Virus record (IMG/VR): IMGVR_UViG_3300008110_010000
Span: 1 to 64,000 of that record
Strand: one strand, 5' to 3'
DNA length: 64,000 nucleotides
The number at the start of each line of letters is the position of its first letter. Position 1 is the first letter of the stretch. Of this stretch, positions 30,116 through 39,754 are shown one piece after another. Under the pieces are notes generated by a model. It was not told the DNA's origin. It ran no database searches and worked only from the letters and a program-made list of their open reading frames with translations. The position numbers and the translations under genes were made by a program.

Positions 30116-31494
30116 ATTATTTTTTTATAAAATTCCTCAAATTCTGGAAAAACCTTCAAAAAATTGGTGCCTCTTCTTTTATCGTGATTGTCTACAAAAA
30201 TTCGGAAATCCCTCCTGTTCTGTAATAAGGTCTCTTCAGGTTCTTCCGTTACCATCCAATCATGAATTCTATTTAACTTATTGATTTCGATGTCGGTATA
30301 TCCAAATCCATCAAGACCAACTCTTATTTGTTCGTAGAAGTCCATTAGCTGAGCTTGCTCTTTTACTACTGCAGACCATTCCTTATCTAATATTTTCACT
30401 GTCTGGTGTGGAGGCCACCTTAAATAGGACGAGTCTAACATAATAGAGGAGCCATAGTATCTGTGAGGGTTGTGATATTCTTCCTTAAGCTTTACCACAT
30501 TTTCTATTAACTTTTCATAATTAGGAACGGAAAGTGCGTTATATGTGGACATTATTATTACGGTCAGAGGCTCAATTTCTTTCAATAGAAAATTAACTCT
30601 ATCCCACCATTGGTTGAAGACCAAACCATGTCTAATGTATTCAGCTTGTTCTCCCCAGGTATCTGCACTGGTAAATAGTATCACCTCGTTTACCCTGTTC
30701 TCGTCTATCATTCTTTTTAATTTTTCTACCATTAGATTAAAAAGCTTATCTGGTGCTCCTAAATTCGTATTGAGAGAAAAATTTAAATTTCTGTTTGGGT
30801 TTTTTTCATCCAAGATATAATCAAAAACCTTAAAAGTGTCTTTAGACAGAAGAGGTTCCCCTCCCGTTATTCTAAAAGTATGAAGATCTCTGTATAAATC
30901 AGGCCACCATTTCCAGAAAGCCTCAACGTATGGGTTCTCCTGATTATGCGGTCTTGGGATCATGTTCAGATCCTTCAAATATTCTAAATTGTTAAATCTA
31001 AAGCTGGTAGGATATGGTCCATGCTGCTCTATTTCTTGAACCCATTGGGAAGAGAACGACGGTCCACAATACGAGCATTTAAAATTACAGTGATTACTAA
31101 AAGCTACCTCAACATACTTAGGATTGTAATTTTCTTTCCACCCTAAATCTTTTATTTCATTAAAATATGGGGCAGACCAGGGTTCAGAAGATTTATAAAT
31201 TCTATCGGAAAATGCATTTGATGTATCTTCTATATTCCAGCAATAATCGCATTCATCTGGTCTTTTACCATGAAGCATTTTTCTTCTCTGCTGCTTTTTA
31301 TAAACTGTATTATGTAGAGCAGATGGGTTTTTTTCTAACTCTGATAGTGGGATATGATGCGTGCCTGGATGGTGACACGAATGTGTTTGTCCCATTTGTA
31401 AATGAAGTGTTACTTGAGTCCATTTTGCTAAACAAAAGCCACATCCAACATCGTTTAATTTATTTCTAGTTTTGTCGAAAAATTCGTTTAGCAT
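30112..31494 (-). CDS. Radical SAM protein with twitch-like N-terminus
   Basis: FCLAKW..SCHH; CNFKCSYC; TGGEPL; close paralogue of 27901-29460. Confidence 0.85.
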   Translation of the reverse strand: MLNEFFDKTRNKLNDVGCGFCLAKWTQVTLHLQMGQTHSCHHPGTHHIPLSELEKNPSALHNTVYKKQQRRKMLHGKRPDECDYCWNIEDTSNAFSDRIYKSSEPWSAPYFNEIKDLGWKENYNPKYVEVAFSNHCNFKCSYCGPSFSSQWVQEIEQHGPYPTSFRFNNLEYLKDLNMIPRPHNQENPYVEAFWKWWPDLYRDLHTFRITGGEPLLSKDTFKVFDYILDEKNPNRNLNFSLNTNLGAPDKLFNLMVEKLKRMIDENRVNEVILFTSADTWGEQAEYIRHGLVFNQWWDRVNFLLKEIEPLTVIIMSTYNALSVPNYEKLIENVVKLKEEYHNPHRYYGSSIMLDSSYLRWPPHQTVKILDKEWSAVVKEQAQLMDFYEQIRVGLDGFGYTDIEINKLNRIHDWMVTEEPEETLLQNRRDFRIFVDNHDKRRGTNFLKVFPEFEEFYKKII

Positions 31495-32801
31495 TATAGT
31501 AATCTTTTTTTAATTATCGGATTGAGACTCTCCAAACAAATTAGATCGTTTGGTAAATTTCTGTGTTTTGAATTATTTGCAATCATTAAATCGTGTCTTT
31601 CTTTATGATTTACCCATGGATTATCTCCAAATAATCTTATATGTTCATTTATACTCGATATAAATATCTTCGATTCAAAGTCGTCGTTATCTAAAATAAA
31701 CTCTGGAAGATGATACGAATTAACAAACGGAACAATGTAATCATAATTTCTCCTGAGAATTGATTCAAAGCTATTTTTTATATTCGCTCCGTCAAGTAAT
31801 ATACATCCATTCTTGACGTAGAATATTATATTCTTTTTACTATCCTTTAAAATATTTAAAATTATTTGGGATTCTAAATCTTCCGATGATGTGTCCAAGA
31901 AAACATATTCATATTCAAAATGATCAGTAATCATGCTTCTGAGCGTCTCCTTGCTGTTTTTTTCGATCACAAAATATCTAAGATTTTTAAATTTATTTTT
32001 ATAAAAGTTTAGGGTAGTTTCCAAAACCCCTCCATAATTTTCTTCAGTTCCATCTACCGAAACAAAAGCACAGACCTCAGTAGAGATGCACGGTATGTCT
32101 TCATATGGTGGATAATGATTGTCTCTAAAATTTACTAGCTGTTTATAAAGAGAATTTGATATGGTTGAAGGAAATTCGCAGTTTGATAACGCAAGGCCAA
32201 AAACAGCTCCCTCTCCTCTTAAATCATCATCAGCCTCCTTCGCTACCTTTTTTCTAAGCATCGAATAAAATTCATAGGTTTCAAACAATTTGTCTATCTT
32301 TTCTTCGTCAATACCCTCGAAATTAAAATACATTAAATCTTCCCATGGAGTAACTGTATTTCTAAATTCAACATTATTTTTTATCAGCTCATCTTTAAAT
32401 TTTCCAAGTTTTGGATTCGTTTCTAATAAGGCTTTGAAATGTATGCTTGTAAATCTGTTGTATGAAAATCCTGGATTAAAATTCTTAGAAATAATATCAT
32501 TTATGAATTCTTCAGAATTTATCAATATCAGATCAGAATCCATATAAAGTATTTTATTATACCCCCTTTTTCTTACCTGGTTAATGAATATAAATTTGCT
32601 ATGAAAATCAAAGGTTGTGGAAAAATCGTGCTTTATTATTTCAACCCCTTCCATGTCTTTGAATTCTGACACATTATCGGTGTAAACAAATATTTTAAAA
32701 GATCCACTATCAGTGAAATTCTTTATTAAAAATTTGCAGCAGGTATAATAATACTCAGTATTAGAAGCAATTGTCGCTATTGCTATTTTATTTTCCATCA
32801 T
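31494..32801 (-). CDS. Putative glycosyltransferase-like protein
   Basis: YTDN, LYMDSD (DxD) in the N-half; GT2-like C-half. Confidence 0.5.
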   Translation of the reverse strand: MMENKIAIATIASNTEYYYTCCKFLIKNFTDSGSFKIFVYTDNVSEFKDMEGVEIIKHDFSTTFDFHSKFIFINQVRKRGYNKILYMDSDLILINSEEFINDIISKNFNPGFSYNRFTSIHFKALLETNPKLGKFKDELIKNNVEFRNTVTPWEDLMYFNFEGIDEEKIDKLFETYEFYSMLRKKVAKEADDDLRGEGAVFGLALSNCEFPSTISNSLYKQLVNFRDNHYPPYEDIPCISTEVCAFVSVDGTEENYGGVLETTLNFYKNKFKNLRYFVIEKNSKETLRSMITDHFEYEYVFLDTSSEDLESQIILNILKDSKKNIIFYVKNGCILLDGANIKNSFESILRRNYDYIVPFVNSYHLPEFILDNDDFESKIFISSINEHIRLFGDNPWVNHKERHDLMIANNSKHRNLPNDLICLESLNPIIKKRLL

Positions 32802-34244
32802 TTATGCTTTGCAATTAATCAGAAGGGTATTGTTGAATACCTCTTTAGTAGAGACTAACTCGTACTTCATACTGTTGAATCCCTCACTTTTATAGTTTAT
32901 ACATTTCCTTTGCATTTCAGTTACGAACCTTTTTTCATTTCTTGCTGTTGTTTCCCCCTTTGCCCACTTATTATTTACTAGCCCTTCGTCAATGTGTGGT
33001 AAACACTCGAAAGATCCTTCTCTCCTATAAGGAATTGGCATGTCGCTAACCTCGATGGAATCTTCAACGATTTCTAAATTATAAGCCTTAGCTTTAATTC
33101 CACTCATTACGTCTTCGATTTCTCCATTTTCTATCAAATCAAATTTAAAATGCAGAACTGGCTTATGTTTTAAATCGTGAAATTTAGTAACATCTCCTGG
33201 AATTTTTACTGCCTTATCAAAAATCATTAATTCTGCAATTTCACCTCTAAAAAATAATGGATTTTCCTCGTCGCCGTTATATCCCACGATAGATTTTTCT
33301 TTATCCCTATACTGAAATAAATCATTATTTATTATTGTAGATTTATTTTCTTTGATTCCTTTTTCGTTAGATCTTGCTAGTTCGTCATTTAGAAAAAAAT
33401 TAAAGTGACCACTTGAAGAATCATAAGATGTTGTTACCCAGGACCAAACACCATCATCCCTCTTGATCCAATTATAGATCTGGGATGATGAAAAATCTGA
33501 AATCATGCTAGTAACAGCTCTGGAGTTGTTAAAAGATATGCAGTACGGACTATATGATTGCTTTCGGAAAACCGGAAATTCTATGAATTTTTTGTCATCC
33601 GTTCCTATTAGCCAATCTTTATATTTTTCAGGTTGTTGTTCTGCTTTAAATAAAGCACATACCGTATGATCTGATCCCAGTATTTTGTTTATGGATTTTA
33701 TCCATGGGATTTCAACATATGAGTTGTCTCCATTAAATCTTGAAAATTTTCTTTTTTTATATTTTTTATAAATCCTTTTTTCAACATATCCTTCGAAATA
33801 ACATCGATAAAAAAGGTCGTCATCTTCCATACCCCAATCCCAATAATCATTAGAATATCCGTTAGTTTTTATAACTTGATCCTTAGTAAATAGAATTACC
33901 CCACCGAAGTATTGTTCATAATTTAGTTTGAAATCGTACTTCGAAAGTTTTGTTGCTATATGAATTGGATATTTTTCCGGATATGAATAGTCACAATCAT
34001 CGGAGAATGGCACCATATCAACGTCATGCCATGCAATATAATCACATCCATCATCGAAGGCAAACTTGGCTGCTATGTTTTTCATTAGTCCCCTATTAAA
34101 CAGCTTATTATCCACCTGATGGGCCACATAAAATTTATGATCTATTCCACGATTTTTTAGATACTCCCCCAGGTCTTCAGTTAGCTTCTGTAAGTGATCG
34201 AATCTATTTCTGTAAGGTATGCAAATTCCCAGTTTATGACTCAT
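32802..34244 (-). CDS. GT7 galactosyltransferase-like protein with inserted LamG domain
   Basis: IPYRNR, FNRG, WHDVD, YFGG, NGYSNDYWDWGMEDDDL; LamG-like FRGEIAELMIFD inserted before the C-terminal segment. Confidence 0.8.
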   Translation of the reverse strand: MSHKLGICIPYRNRFDHLQKLTEDLGEYLKNRGIDHKFYVAHQVDNKLFNRGLMKNIAAKFAFDDGCDYIAWHDVDMVPFSDDCDYSYPEKYPIHIATKLSKYDFKLNYEQYFGGVILFTKDQVIKTNGYSNDYWDWGMEDDDLFYRCYFEGYVEKRIYKKYKKRKFSRFNGDNSYVEIPWIKSINKILGSDHTVCALFKAEQQPEKYKDWLIGTDDKKFIEFPVFRKQSYSPYCISFNNSRAVTSMISDFSSSQIYNWIKRDDGVWSWVTTSYDSSSGHFNFFLNDELARSNEKGIKENKSTIINNDLFQYRDKEKSIVGYNGDEENPLFFRGEIAELMIFDKAVKIPGDVTKFHDLKHKPVLHFKFDLIENGEIEDVMSGIKAKAYNLEIVEDSIEVSDMPIPYRREGSFECLPHIDEGLVNNKWAKGETTARNEKRFVTEMQRKCINYKSEGFNSMKYELVSTKEVFNNTLLINCKA

Positions 34245-35647
34245 ATTCCTACGTTAATTTCTGTTATATTTCCCTCTCTTTTTCTTCCGTGATCTGTGTA
34301 CTTTAGATCCGATAATCCGTCTCCAAATAAAAGATTGCTGTTATTTCTTACCTCGTTATAGAATCTTAATTGATTCCATCTAGTTGCTTTATCCTTCCAT
34401 CTATTTTCGAAGAAACCATTTTGCTCATGTTTCATGGATTTAAAGATAGAATCCCTTCTGATCGGAAGGTCTATTTTTTTAAACCAAGGACCTTCCATAT
34501 CAACAATTTCACATTTGAAAATACTAGCATCGTTTCCGTTTCCTGAAAGATCTACTAACTTATAATTTTCTATGTGCTCTGCATCATAGTGACAAAGAAT
34601 GGATCCGGATTTTTTATATTCCGAAAAGTCGTTTGTTGCTGAAACAGATTTAACTTCATTTTCACTTAAAATTCCTTCTAAGACTACCAAAGAATCTATG
34701 TACCCCTTGAAAAAATTAGGATCTCCATTTCTTTTAGGATTTCCTGCACCGATAAAGAAATACTTTTCGTCTGAATAATCCTTTAATTCTCCCTCCCAAT
34801 TTGTTTTTCCTATATGTTCTCCGTCTTGATAGAAATTTATTTCTCTCAACGATTGATTTAATGTGATACAAATATTTGTTTGATAATTAGTAGTTATTTC
34901 TGTGTTTATGTATGATGCTTTTTCTTCGGAGTTGAATGTAACAAAATTGTATCTCTTGAATGAATTATAGGAAATTGCAGTGTCATACCCCGGAATGCTA
35001 AAAACCGTATAAACATCAAGATCCTTCGTTGAATCATAAACCAATTCATCGGGGAAAAAAGATGCAAATAATGTTAGATCCTTGTCTATGCAAAAATTAT
35101 TTTTTGCTCTCACAAAAGAATCCTGTCCGTTAAATTTTAGTGATTTATGGAAATTTCTTGTTTTTTTGATGTAATAAGGCTCTGTGCCTATGCTCTTGTT
35201 TTTGCATCTTAGGAAAAGGTCATCATCTTCAAATCCCCATCCCCAATACTTATTTGAATATCCGTTTATCTTTTTGAAATCTTTAATCGGAAACATAGTG
35301 ACCCCGCCGAAGTATTCGTCGAATGGCTTTGATCTTTCCCCCGAGTCCTCGTCCTCTATTAGAGTTGCAAGATGAACTGGATGATCACAGTAAGAATAAT
35401 CAACATCCAATGGCAGCAAATCAACATCATGAAAAACCACATAATCACATCTTAAGTTTCTGGCACACTTAAATCCTATATTTAATAGCATCCCTCGATT
35501 AAATTGCTTACCGTCGTCTTGATTTACGATGATAATTTCATGTGGTATTTTTTCCTCGTTTAGATATTTTACTATCTCCTTGAGAAAAAAATAAAGATGT
35601 TCCCCTCTGTGGCGGAAAGGAACTATGACTCCTAGTTTTTTATCCAT
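34241..35647 (-). CDS. GT7 galactosyltransferase-like protein with inserted LamG domain
   Basis: VPFRHR, FNRG, FHDVD, YFGG, WGWGFEDDDL; FKGYIDSL...DLSGNGNDA. Confidence 0.8.
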   Translation of the reverse strand: MDKKLGVIVPFRHRGEHLYFFLKEIVKYLNEEKIPHEIIIVNQDDGKQFNRGMLLNIGFKCARNLRCDYVVFHDVDLLPLDVDYSYCDHPVHLATLIEDEDSGERSKPFDEYFGGVTMFPIKDFKKINGYSNKYWGWGFEDDDLFLRCKNKSIGTEPYYIKKTRNFHKSLKFNGQDSFVRAKNNFCIDKDLTLFASFFPDELVYDSTKDLDVYTVFSIPGYDTAISYNSFKRYNFVTFNSEEKASYINTEITTNYQTNICITLNQSLREINFYQDGEHIGKTNWEGELKDYSDEKYFFIGAGNPKRNGDPNFFKGYIDSLVVLEGILSENEVKSVSATNDFSEYKKSGSILCHYDAEHIENYKLVDLSGNGNDASIFKCEIVDMEGPWFKKIDLPIRRDSIFKSMKHEQNGFFENRWKDKATRWNQLRFYNEVRNNSNLLFGDGLSDLKYTDHGRKREGNITEINVGI

Positions 35648-35849
35648 CTATTGTAGGGTCCTTTGGTTTTATCGATTTATGAAATTCCGTCAGATAGTAC
35701 TGAATCCTGTTGCTCCAATCATCCTTATCAATATCTTCTATCCAAGCTGAAATGTCATCGAGGGAATCTGAGATTCTTTCGAGTGCTTTTACTTTTCTAA
35801 GTTCCAATTCTAAAAATTGATCCTCGTTTGATTTTTTAGCTGTTGCCAT
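35640..35849 (-). CDS. Hypothetical protein
   Basis: 69 aa ORF in line with the cluster. Confidence 0.55.
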   Translation of the reverse strand: MATAKKSNEDQFLELELRKVKALERISDSLDDISAWIEDIDKDDWSNRIQYYLTEFHKSIKPKDPTIDG

Positions 35850-35850
35850 A

Positions 35851-36699
35851 TTAGATTGATATTATTTTTTTAATTAAAGAGCTCCATTCTTTATAATCTT
35901 CAAAATAGACGCATCCATATTCAAACATAAAATCAGAATTACTGAGGTCTATCCTAGATTTATTTCTCTTTATAGCATCATACATCACTTTATATTCGTC
36001 AGAATATGAATAATCCTGATTAATATCTGCGACATTTTTGATCCTTTCTAAGCATGTTGAATCCCATTTAAAATGGTGGACCTGGACGGAATATTTTTCT
36101 ACTGGTGCAATTAGTGGATGGCTCCATCCTTGCCACCTCCAGGTAGTCTGCCCATTTATTTTTGCATAATGCTGCCCAGAAGTTATTTCAATTCCTCCTT
36201 TAACCAAGCAGATTTTGTTAGGGCATGCGTTACTCATGGGGTATCTGAAAAATCCGGCTATGGGAAACTGGTCAAAGATTGGTACATCTTCAAGTATCTT
36301 ACAGAACTCCCCGTTGTTTCCTATCCTGTCTAGAAATCCTCCCCTAATTAATTCCCACCCCTGACTTTCACAATCACTAACCATATAATTAGGTGACTCA
36401 GGATAAACGTGAAATTCGTCTATATCAGCAATCATGTACCAGTTGCTTCTTGATTTTTTTATTTGTTCATTATATAGATCAGTAACCCTGTTCCAATCAA
36501 AGATCCTATCATAAACAGTTTTAACTATTTTTACTTTTTCCTTACCTCTGATGGAACTTCTTACCTCTCTCTTTAAATCTGGATGCAGATCAGATTCATA
36601 GACCACAAAATTTATTTCATCTACCATGTTATAATAATGATTGATGAAGTGTGGTATTAGAGGAACCCCATGACCTATTATAGATATTAATTTTATCAA
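35851..36699 (-). CDS. Putative glycosyltransferase (GT2/GT92-like)
   Basis: FINHY, ADIDEF, GQH, HHFKW. Confidence 0.6.
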   Translation of the reverse strand: MIKLISIIGHGVPLIPHFINHYYNMVDEINFVVYESDLHPDLKREVRSSIRGKEKVKIVKTVYDRIFDWNRVTDLYNEQIKKSRSNWYMIADIDEFHVYPESPNYMVSDCESQGWELIRGGFLDRIGNNGEFCKILEDVPIFDQFPIAGFFRYPMSNACPNKICLVKGGIEITSGQHYAKINGQTTWRWQGWSHPLIAPVEKYSVQVHHFKWDSTCLERIKNVADINQDYSYSDEYKVMYDAIKRNKSRIDLSNSDFMFEYGCVYFEDYKEWSSLIKKIISI

Positions 36700-37424
36700 A
36701 TCTCTTTTCTTTTAAATAGGGTTATTCCTGATGACGAAGGTTTATCTTTTAATGATCCGTAATTAAATAGACTGAATTTTTCCCATTCAGAGTCGTCAAA
36801 ATCTTTTACAAATTGGGATGGACCAGAGAAATCGTGGAAATCTTTTTTCTGATCTTCAGATACTATGAAGCTGGAAGAAAATTTAGGATCTGTGTCATGT
36901 ATTGCTATGATGCCCTGATCGTTCAAAATGTTTTTGTATAACTTAAAATCCTTGTCTACTCCTTCATATGAATGATCTCCATCTATAAAAAGAAAGTCTA
37001 TTTTAATATCTTGTAAAACGAAAAAATCATAATATGCTCTTTCTGAAGTTTCTTTAACAAATCTTGGATGGAATGTTTTTCTGTAAAAACTTTCTTCATC
37101 ACACATATTAGATTGTCCCCCTACACCATTACACGGATCTACCACATAAGTTGCTCCGATATTCCCCCAATTATAATCGGGATTTCCCGAGAAAGTTCCT
37201 ATTGAATGCAGATCTATTCGGGCTTGTGTTAGAATTCGCGGAATATATCCGCCTCCACTTCCTATGCAAACACAATTTTTAAATCTGAAAAATTGCACTA
37301 GAGAATAGATCAGAAGTCCATCCCCCATATCCAGATCAGTCGCTCCGTGGGAGTATCTGAACGGGACAGGATTGTCCAAATCGTTGGTTATTCTTTGTTT
37401 TATGTAATCAGTATTCAGAATCAT
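36696..37424 (-). CDS. Class I SAM-dependent methyltransferase
   Basis: VCIGSGGG, IDFLFIDGDHSYEG, IAIHD. Confidence 0.8.
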   Translation of the reverse strand: MILNTDYIKQRITNDLDNPVPFRYSHGATDLDMGDGLLIYSLVQFFRFKNCVCIGSGGGYIPRILTQARIDLHSIGTFSGNPDYNWGNIGATYVVDPCNGVGGQSNMCDEESFYRKTFHPRFVKETSERAYYDFFVLQDIKIDFLFIDGDHSYEGVDKDFKLYKNILNDQGIIAIHDTDPKFSSSFIVSEDQKKDFHDFSGPSQFVKDFDDSEWEKFSLFNYGSLKDKPSSSGITLFKRKEI

Positions 37425-37532
37425 CCTTACATTTTACCCTATTTTCTATGAAAATTTCATGCAAAGATTGTCTATGAAATAGACAAGGTTGCATTTTATT
37501 TAACCGGGGATTATTTTTACATTTACGACATC

Positions 37533-38321
37533 ATGGAAAAGAAGCAAAAAATATTGACTATAGGGGACATTCACGGGAGGGATTACTGGAAATTCATTAC
37601 CCATGGTAGTAGTTACGAATTTGAGCAGTGGGTAACCATGGTGAATGCTGGGGCTAATCCCATGGACGATTTGTTTAAAGAGGATTATCCTTATTTTTCC
37701 GCAGACAAGATAGTTTTTGTTGGTGATTACGTTGACAGTTTCACAATTAGTAATGTTGAGATCAAGAAAAATCTTGAGGATATCATTTTCTTTAAAAAGA
37801 CACTACCAAATAAGGTAGTGCTTCTCTGGGGAAATCACGATGTTCAGTATTTTATTCCCAATCAAATCTGTAGCGGATATCGTCCAGAGGCAAGATGGGA
37901 TCTACAGATTCTTTTTGAGAGCAATAAAGATCTTTTCCAGATGGCATATCACGAGGGTGATTATCTTTGGACTCATGCTGGTTTATTAAAGCCAGTATTA
38001 AGTGATCTTTTAAAACATCATCCGGATCTAAAGGAACTTGGTAATGAGGCAGCTATTTTAAACGAGGCATTTAAAATGGAACTCCCCCAAATTTTTCAGG
38101 TGGACGGTGCCAGTGGGGGATGGAGCATGTACGGGGGACCGCTCTGGGTTAGGCCAAATCAGCTTCAAGAATATGGAGTAGACCTGCATCAGATAGTAGG
38201 ACACACCCCGGTTTCAGAATTGAAGAATTTAAAAAATAAAAGAGACTATAACATCTGGCTCACAGATTATTTAGAATATAGCTTGGGCGAAGGACTTGAT
38301 CCCTTAACTTTAGAAATATGA
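37533..38321 (+). CDS. Calcineurin-like metallophosphoesterase
   Basis: GDIHG, GDYVD, GNHD, THAG, GHT. Confidence 0.9.
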   Translation: MEKKQKILTIGDIHGRDYWKFITHGSSYEFEQWVTMVNAGANPMDDLFKEDYPYFSADKIVFVGDYVDSFTISNVEIKKNLEDIIFFKKTLPNKVVLLWGNHDVQYFIPNQICSGYRPEARWDLQILFESNKDLFQMAYHEGDYLWTHAGLLKPVLSDLLKHHPDLKELGNEAAILNEAFKMELPQIFQVDGASGGWSMYGGPLWVRPNQLQEYGVDLHQIVGHTPVSELKNLKNKRDYNIWLTDYLEYSLGEGLDPLTLEI

Positions 38322-38602
38322 TATCGAAAAAAACGAAAGAAAGGGCAAAACAAATTATGAATGGAACATATGTACCTCCAGAGCCAGAAAAGATAGCGGT
38401 TACTTTTGAGGTCACTGAAAAACAATATAAAAAATACAAAAGGTGGAGAAATGCTAAGAAGAAAAAAGAAGGGGAGCTTTACGTCGGAGCAATCGGAGGA
38501 GCATACACTTTTTGTTTTACTGCAACAGGAATAGGTGAAATAGTAACTGTGAAAGCAGCAGACGGAGATGAGTTAGATTTAACAGATTATAATACTTGGT
38601 AA
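38318..38602 (+). CDS. Hypothetical protein
   Basis: 94 aa ORF overlapping the upstream stop (ATGA). Confidence 0.6.
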   Translation: MISKKTKERAKQIMNGTYVPPEPEKIAVTFEVTEKQYKKYKRWRNAKKKKEGELYVGAIGGAYTFCFTATGIGEIVTVKAADGDELDLTDYNTW

Positions 38603-38603
38603 T

Positions 38604-39209
38604 ATGAAAGTGATATTTTTAGACAATGACGGAGTAATTTGCCTTTCCAATAATTGGGGATCACGACACAAGAAGCAAAAAAAATGGGGTGGTAGGAAAC
38701 TATCTATGACTACTCGTGAAATGCCCCTTGAATATAGATTTGATAATTTTGATAAAAAAGCAATTAAAATCTTAAATGAAATTCTAGAACAAACTGGAGC
38801 TGAAATTGTAGTGAGCTCCGATTGGAGATTGTATGCGGATTTAGAGGAGTTGGGGAAATACTACACATCCCAGGGTATTATCAAAAATCCTATAGGAGTA
38901 ACTGAAATATTTCACCATAAAAATTGGGTAGAAGAAGGTAGAATACCCCCAGATTTTGATTGGTACAGAATCGAAGATAGGGAGCAAGAAAGGCACTTCG
39001 AAATTCTGGAATGGCTAAAGAAGAATCCGGAGGTTACTCAATGGGTAGCTGTGGATGATTTACACATGGGGATTCACGTCGAAGCAAGTTCTTATGGAGC
39101 ATTCGATAGAGATTGGGGATTGAAAAATTTTGTATGGACTCCCAGAGCCTGGGAAGGAATTAAACAGTCAGGAATCAAAAAAAAGATTTTAAAATTTTTA
39201 AACAACTAA
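38604..39209 (+). CDS. HAD phosphatase of the Swiss-Army-Knife RNA repair-like type
   Basis: FLDNDGVI, IVVSSDWR, WVAVDDL. Confidence 0.75.
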   Translation: MKVIFLDNDGVICLSNNWGSRHKKQKKWGGRKLSMTTREMPLEYRFDNFDKKAIKILNEILEQTGAEIVVSSDWRLYADLEELGKYYTSQGIIKNPIGVTEIFHHKNWVEEGRIPPDFDWYRIEDREQERHFEILEWLKKNPEVTQWVAVDDLHMGIHVEASSYGAFDRDWGLKNFVWTPRAWEGIKQSGIKKKILKFLNN

Positions 39210-39212
39210 AAA

Positions 39213-39422
39213 ATGGAATACGTAATCGCAATTGGAATAAGCTTCGGACTTGCTGCTATCATAGCATTTTTCTGGGTAAGAGGAATTGATAATATGCAGA
39301 AGAATTATCCAGACTATAAAGGGGAAGACTTCCTAAATTGGAACGAGAAGGAAATAGACGATGAATTTAGCAGACAATCCAAACAAAATAACAAAAAACA
39401 AAATCATGAAGGAGATCTTTAG
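39213..39422 (+). CDS. Small membrane protein
   Basis: N-terminal hydrophobic helix. Confidence 0.55.
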   Translation: MEYVIAIGISFGLAAIIAFFWVRGIDNMQKNYPDYKGEDFLNWNEKEIDDEFSRQSKQNNKKQNHEGDL

Positions 39423-39753
39423 AAAAGCATTTAGTGTTAAATCATTAGAACCTTTTGTTGTGGGTATTAGTGTAATTCTATTATTAGAATTTGCAATTTT
39501 TCCCGCTCTTACAATTGCCAACACTTTTTTGAATCTATTAGGAGGAGGATTAGGTGTGGGACTTGTGATATTTCTTTACGAATATGTAAAGAAAAAAATT
39601 CATAATGTTATACCTGATGAACTGCCAGAAGGGGAAACTGAATTGGATTATGTCAACCCAGAGGAACTAAAGCCTAAGAGAAAAAGAAATCCTAAGCAGT
39701 TTCCCGAGGTAAAAAGCGAAGGACCTTTTATAAAAACTAGAAAAAATAAATAA
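39406..39753 (+). CDS. Two-TM membrane protein
   Basis: Two hydrophobic segments; start set at MKEIF. Confidence 0.55.
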   Translation: MKEIFRKAFSVKSLEPFVVGISVILLLEFAIFPALTIANTFLNLLGGGLGVGLVIFLYEYVKKKIHNVIPDELPEGETELDYVNPEELKPKRKRNPKQFPEVKSEGPFIKTRKNK

Positions 39754-39754
39754 T

